A model generated the notes under the pieces. The model saw only the letters and a program-made list of their open reading frames with translations. It was not told where the DNA came from and did not search any database. Made by a program: the position numbers and the translations under genes. A stretch of 64,000 bases of DNA, taken from Fibrobacteria bacterium. GTDB taxonomy: Bacteria; Fibrobacterota; Fibrobacteria; UBA11236. Of the stretch, positions 59,234 to 64,000 are shown piece by piece (position 1 is the stretch's first letter; every line of letters begins with the position of its first letter). Location: contig JANYDA010000032.1 of the NCBI GenBank assembly GCA_025360005.1, positions 148,624 through 212,623 on the forward strand. Direction: 5' to 3'.

Positions 59234-59658
59234 AAGGCCGGTTCCATCCCCCTTCTTTCCCTGATCCGCGCCGCCTTCACGGTGGAAACGTGATTTTTGT
59301 TCTGCTTGAATTCATCTTTACGGTCGGAAACAAAATTGTAAATTTGATCTCCGTGACGGTTGACCTTTAATTTGTCAGGGAAGCGCATTGGAATCAGTTT
59401 CGCGGAAAATGGCGCGGGCAACCTTCACCGCCGCGGGAGAGCAGGCCGAAGCGGCGGTTACGGGAAGGCCCGATCCCGTTTGGCCCCGGCCCGGTTGGGG
59501 CCGCATAAGAGGTATTCCCGGATTTGGGAAGACAAGCGGGTTCTTTCGCTGTTCGATTTTTTTCCCGATTTTGACTTTATCGGGGCGAATGGTTAAAAAA
59601 AAACCGGACGAATCTTCAAGCCACGCGTTCAGGCCGGAATTATTATAAACCTGTATCG

Positions 59659-59991
59659 GTGAATCAACGGGATGGAGACGATTCCATGGGGAGTTTCAGC
59701 GCGTTGCTGCTCATCTTGGTTTTCCTCGTCATCGGGGCGACCCTGGCAATCCTATTGTTGGCGGTGCTGCGGGAAACCCTTTTCTGGTATTGGCGTTCCA
59801 AGGGCGTGATGCAGGAGCCGGAAGACATCCTCAACCGGCCGCACGAAACCGCCCTCATCATTCGCAAGAGTATCGCGGGAATGAAATTGGGATTGGCTCC
59901 CGGCGCCAACAACCGCGTCCCCACGGCCAAATCCGCCGCCGCGGAAAACAACCCTCCTCCCCATCCCGGTTTTTCCGACACCACCCCGTAA
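59659..59991 (+). CDS. Small membrane protein
   Basis: Single TM followed by LRETLFWYW; start may be the downstream ATG. Confidence 0.6.
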   Translation: MNQRDGDDSMGSFSALLLILVFLVIGATLAILLLAVLRETLFWYWRSKGVMQEPEDILNRPHETALIIRKSIAGMKLGLAPGANNRVPTAKSAAAENNPPPHPGFSDTTP

Positions 59992-60036
59992 GTCCCGGAT
60001 TGGATCATTGGCATCCGATTCCGCAGGTCGGCGCGT

Positions 60037-61206
60037 TCATTCCTTATCCCCCGGATCGCCGCCCTCATCGATATCCTGGAATCCCAGATGACGAAAGGCG
60101 AATTCGCCGTGGATGCCGAATCCGGTATAGGTTCTATCCGCCACCTGACCATACAAAATGGTTCCCGCCACGCGGATGCGGTGGTATTCCCAGATGCGCA
60201 ATCCCATGCCCAGGCCCGCTTCCGTCTCATGGCCGATCTGGGATCCGTTCCATGAGAAAACGGCTTTGGGCGCCAAGTGGAAACGCCACAGAATATCCGG
60301 ATCGGGAGCCCACACCAGCGACAACTCCAGGTAGACGCGTTGCAGGTTATCGTCCCTATCGGGCGGCTGCAAGTCCGATATCAACTTCAAGCGCCGGTTG
60401 GCGTCCGGCATCTTTACGGCCGCGCCCAGTCCCGTTTGCCAGGCCACGCGCTTCAGGGACTTGAGGTACTCGTAACGCAGCTGGTACAGGTCTCCTTCAT
60501 TGTGGGCCGGGATGCGTATGTCATTGCCTTCGTCCCCGTAAAGGGAAGCCTTGGCGTCCCAACGATGGCGGCCTTCCCGTGTCTGGTAGACGGCCCGTCC
60601 GGAAAAGTCGAAATAGGCGGCCGGGAAAAAAGCCCTGTCCTGGATCAAGTGGAACAGCGCGGGGCGCGCGTACCCGAATCCTCCGAGCAAGGTCCAATTG
60701 GTCCAAGCATAGCGTCCGAATATCGCCGCCTGCAAAGCCCGGGGCGAAAGGAATGCCGAGAAGGGCATGGGGCTGTATCCGTTGGTGACCCGGTAAAGGG
60801 CAAGCGAGTCCGCAATCGGGATGGTATCGCCGTAGAGGGGAATGTTCCCGCCCATGGTAACATACAGATAGTCGCGCAGGATTTCCGCGCTGGCCTGGAG
60901 TTTGAGCGCCAAGGGCTCGCGGTAAGGCGCGGAGAAACCTGGCGCCAGGGTTTCCCGTGAACGCAGCCCGATATGGAACCAGGCGAAGGCCAGCGACTGG
61001 ATGGTGAACCCCTGGTAGAGACTGACCTGGTAAGGATTAGCCTTGCCGGGTTCGGCCGGCGAACTCAGGTAAAAGGCGTCGACGGAGCTATGCGCTATCC
61101 AGGGGAAGCCATGTTCCTGGGCGCCCTCCGTCGTGTCCGGTTTCTGGGCGCAGACGCATACCGCCGCCATCAGGATCAAGCCGGCAAGAAACGCGAACCT
61201 GGTCAT
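60037..61206 (-). CDS. Putative outer-membrane beta-barrel protein
   Basis: Signal peptide, amphipathic strands; ATGA overlap with upstream gene. Confidence 0.65.
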   Translation of the reverse strand: MTRFAFLAGLILMAAVCVCAQKPDTTEGAQEHGFPWIAHSSVDAFYLSSPAEPGKANPYQVSLYQGFTIQSLAFAWFHIGLRSRETLAPGFSAPYREPLALKLQASAEILRDYLYVTMGGNIPLYGDTIPIADSLALYRVTNGYSPMPFSAFLSPRALQAAIFGRYAWTNWTLLGGFGYARPALFHLIQDRAFFPAAYFDFSGRAVYQTREGRHRWDAKASLYGDEGNDIRIPAHNEGDLYQLRYEYLKSLKRVAWQTGLGAAVKMPDANRRLKLISDLQPPDRDDNLQRVYLELSLVWAPDPDILWRFHLAPKAVFSWNGSQIGHETEAGLGMGLRIWEYHRIRVAGTILYGQVADRTYTGFGIHGEFAFRHLGFQDIDEGGDPGDKE

Positions 61207-62864
61207 GGGCCAAGTCGATCCGGACTGCAGAGATAGCATCCGGATTCCTGCGCGCCGGCGCGGAAGGTTCCTCCGAACTCGCCCCAGCCTTCCTTTTCGG
61301 AGGAGAGCACGTCCATTTCCATATCCAGCTCGCGGGTTTCGGAAACCAGGAAGGCCTGGACGGATTTGTCCGCGGTGCGCAACGCCGACCCGGCTCCGAA
61401 GAATTTTCCGGGCAGGAACATGGCGAAAGGACGGGAACCGCGGCTGGGATCCACCGATTCGAACTCGCGCAATATCCTGTCGGCGTGCACTTGGTTTAGG
61501 CGTTCCTGCTTAAGGGAATAGCCCCGCGTCTTGACGGAATGCAAAGCGCCCACGGCGATTGGGCCTTGCGAGCTCAGCAAAGGCTGGGCGGACATGACCC
61601 CTTTCACCACTTCCATGGTGGAGATGCTGCCGTCATGCCGGAACATCACCGCCTGCGGCTGCCCGCGCACGATGAAGGAGGGCGTTAGCACCACGCTGTT
61701 GTCCTGGAAAGCGAGCAGGCCCAACTTGCGCCAGATGCTGTTGCTGTCCAAGGACGCGATTTCCCCCAGCTTGCGCCAAATCAGGTTGTTGCTGTCCAGG
61801 GAAGAAACCTGGCCCAGCCCTTTCCAGACCAGGTTGGAACTGTCGAGGGCGGCCACCTGGGTCAGCGTGCGCAAGAGCAGGTTGCTGCTGTCCAGGGCCG
61901 TCACCTTTCCGAAGGTCTTGAAAAGCGGGTTGCTGCTGTCCAGCGATGTCACCTTCTGCAAATTCCTCAGCAGCAGGTTGTGGCTGTCCAGGGAGGTAAC
62001 CTTGCCGAGACCTTTCCACAATAGGTTGCTGCTGTCCAAGGCGGCCACCTGCGTTAGCGTCTTCCAGATCAGATTGCTTTGATTGAAAGCGGTGGCCTGC
62101 CGCAGCTTCCCCTCGACGGAAGCGGAGTCCACTCCCTTGAGAATGCCCAGGGTGCCCTGGTTCAACTGGACCACCTTGGGCAGCAGGTATGTATACGAGG
62201 AATGCGGATAGAGCACGTAGTGGATATTCTCCATGCTGACGATGACCAACCGCGGCGCATCCCCTATGATCAAGGTGGTGCCCACCGGCACTTCCGAGAT
62301 GGCGCCCTTGTGGAGTATGGCCAGGCCGCGGACGAGCATGGCCGGATTGGCCGGCACCTTGAGCTTCAAAGTGCCCATGGCGGCGGCCTCGGCCTTCTTG
62401 ACCGCGAAGGACGCTTCGAAAGGACGGATGATGGCTTGCGAGAACAGCTTCCGTTTCTCGCCCGCCTCCAGCAATATGTGCAGGGTATCCGGCACGCGGT
62501 TCACGGCGGTGAACAGATCCACCGTTTCCACGCGGCAGCGGTATTCCTCTTTCAACTCCATGCATTCGACGATGAGGCCCCACTTTACGGCGTTGGCATT
62601 CATAGGCGCCAGCAGCGACAACTGCGCGATGCCGCCTTTGGCATGCGCCGAGTCCAGGGAACGCGCGTTTTTCTTGCGGAGATCGAAGACCAGCAGGGAA
62701 GTATCGTCGGCCAGGGATTGGCCCATGTCCCGCGAGAGGCCTTCATTGAAAACGGAGTCGCGCCCTTCCACGTAGGCGCCCAAGACGCTGACGGCGATCT
62801 TGCCCCAAGCCGGGGCGAACGCGAAGCAGGATGCGAAGAGAAGGATCCGCGGGGTGGATTTCAC
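61203..62864 (-). CDS. Secreted protein with FecR-like domain interrupted by 16-aa tandem repeats
   Basis: Signal peptide; VPVGTTLIIG...VQLNQGTL and VVLTPSFIVRG...MEVVKGVM flank the repeats; FecR call tentative. Confidence 0.6.
   Translation of the reverse strand: MKSTPRILLFASCFAFAPAWGKIAVSVLGAYVEGRDSVFNEGLSRDMGQSLADDTSLLVFDLRKKNARSLDSAHAKGGIAQLSLLAPMNANAVKWGLIVECMELKEEYRCRVETVDLFTAVNRVPDTLHILLEAGEKRKLFSQAIIRPFEASFAVKKAEAAAMGTLKLKVPANPAMLVRGLAILHKGAISEVPVGTTLIIGDAPRLVIVSMENIHYVLYPHSSYTYLLPKVVQLNQGTLGILKGVDSASVEGKLRQATAFNQSNLIWKTLTQVAALDSSNLLWKGLGKVTSLDSHNLLLRNLQKVTSLDSSNPLFKTFGKVTALDSSNLLLRTLTQVAALDSSNLVWKGLGQVSSLDSNNLIWRKLGEIASLDSNSIWRKLGLLAFQDNSVVLTPSFIVRGQPQAVMFRHDGSISTMEVVKGVMSAQPLLSSQGPIAVGALHSVKTRGYSLKQERLNQVHADRILREFESVDPSRGSRPFAMFLPGKFFGAGSALRTADKSVQAFLVSETRELDMEMDVLSSEKEGWGEFGGTFRAGAQESGCYLCSPDRLGP
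61700..62087 (-). repeat. Coding tandem repeat, 48-bp period, about 8 units
   Basis: Motif gctgtcca (one variant) at 61743, 61791, 61839, 61887, 61935, 61983, 62031; protein unit approx LDSSNLLWKxLGKVTS. Confidence 0.92.
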
Positions 62865-62944
62865 CTCGCTATTATACCCTTCCCGATGGGGCGGGAAGCA
62901 ACCGATGCGTTATCGCGGAGTCCCCTCCGTGATAGGGTTATCCC

Positions 62945-64000
62945 TTATCCGGGATAGCCGCCTTCCCATTCATTCCCCATCGCCACGCGCGCGCCCAGGC
63001 GCTGGAAGGTGCGGTACAGGCCGTAACGCGCGCGATCCAGGAATACGAAATCGGGAGCGAACTCGATCCCCTTCACGCTCCGGAACAGGCTCCACGCTTC
63101 CGCCCGGCATTCCTGGAAATAGTTCCCGGCCGATCCGAAATCGAAAACCGCGTTCCGATAGGGACGCAAGACCCATTCTCCCATCGAACGCAAATGCTTT
63201 TCCAACCCGGAGAAATCCGCGCGCCTGTCCGTAATGCGCAGGATGCCGATGGAAGCGTATTCCTCCACCAGGGAATAGGCATTGCCGTTCCCCCGGTAGC
63301 CTTTGGCATGCATGGCGAAAAGCTTGCTGAGGTTGGCGCTGAAGGAAGGCGGGAAGGATTTGACGCATCCGAAATCGAGCATGGCCACGCTGCCGTCTTC
63401 CTGCACCCGCTTCGATCCGGACTTTCCGATCCGGATCAGGAAATTGCCGGGATTGGGATCCGCGTTCAGGGCGTTGAGCACGTACACCGATTTCAGGTAG
63501 ACGCTCCAGAGGATTTTCGCGAGCGCGTCCCGCTCCTCCTGGCCGGGGCCGCCCGCCAGCCATTCCGCCAAATGGGCACCTTCCAGAAAATCGGTGGCCA
63601 GGATGGTCTCCCGGCTATAGGCCGCGTGTACGGCCGGCACGGTAACCTCGGAGATACCCAGGTTCCCGCGGAACCAATCCGTCCATCTGGCCTCATGGCC
63701 GTAGGACAACTCCTCCAACATGCGATCGGCCACTTCCGTCCAGGCGCCCTGCACTTCTTTGAGCCAAGGGAGCGCGGATGCGAAACCGCCCACCACGGCC
63801 AGGTCGTTGCGGACCGTCCGCGCGATGCCCGGGTACTGCAGTTTGACCGCGATCCTGCGATCGTCATGGGTGACGGCCAAATGCACCTGCCCCAGGCTGG
63901 CCGCCGCGAAAGGCGTTTCCGAAAAACTCTTGAAGAGGGCTTCCGGAGGCGCTCCCAGGTTAGCGGAAACCGCCTGGCGTACCAGCGCGCGGTTCATGGG
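62945..64000 (-). CDS. ABC1/AarF/UbiB family kinase (5' end outside window)
   Basis: PFAAASLGQVHLA, AVKLQYPGI, EELSY..EA, ADPNPGNFL, LDFGCVK. Confidence 0.92.
   Translation of the reverse strand, partial: PMNRALVRQAVSANLGAPPEALFKSFSETPFAAASLGQVHLAVTHDDRRIAVKLQYPGIARTVRNDLAVVGGFASALPWLKEVQGAWTEVADRMLEELSYGHEARWTDWFRGNLGISEVTVPAVHAAYSRETILATDFLEGAHLAEWLAGGPGQEERDALAKILWSVYLKSVYVLNALNADPNPGNFLIRIGKSGSKRVQEDGSVAMLDFGCVKSFPPSFSANLSKLFAMHAKGYRGNGNAYSLVEEYASIGILRITDRRADFSGLEKHLRSMGEWVLRPYRNAVFDFGSAGNYFQECRAEAWSLFRSVKGIEFAPDFVFLDRARYGLYRTFQRLGARVAMGNEWEGGYPG

Noticed and set aside
59065..59421. Minus-strand ORF with an AT-richer segment downstream of GH57
   Set aside because: Runs 140 bp into GH57, with no RBS or motif. 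It cannot be supported, though a small gene is not excluded.
61700..62087. CRISPR-like periodic repeat
   Set aside because: In-frame degenerate coding repeat with no unique spacers, and no cas genes.

Overview
GC-rich bacterial chromosomal segment, probably from Fibrobacterota. This is inferred from a TIGR02147-type gene, a fibro-slime protein, a tandem-GntR/sensor regulator and secreted proteins with short C-terminal export-like tails. It carries about 57 genes, mostly housekeeping: mqnA, HU, nrdJ, bcp, gpsA, acyP, purEK, mgsA, proS, PBP1A, thrC, a GH57 branching enzyme and tRNA-Arg(ACG). Several uncharacterised envelope modules are interspersed. I see no CRISPR array, prophage, integrase, transposase or rRNA. 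The most notable observations are: (1) a TAnnnT hexamer exactly 6 or 8 nt before the start codon of at least 11 genes, suggesting widespread leaderless mRNAs; (2) a FecR-like secreted protein split by eight 16-aa (48-bp) tandem repeats and coupled to a beta-barrel gene; (3) a locus with a secreted beta-propeller, a DUF1080 protein and an outer-membrane barrel, divergent from TIGR02147; (4) a zinc-ribbon, tail-anchored pseudokinase; (5) an Hpt/diguanylate-cyclase cluster with no kinase and one His-less Hpt; (6) several unexplained intergenic hairpins. All family assignments come from motif recognition by eye, not database searches. Start codons are best estimates.
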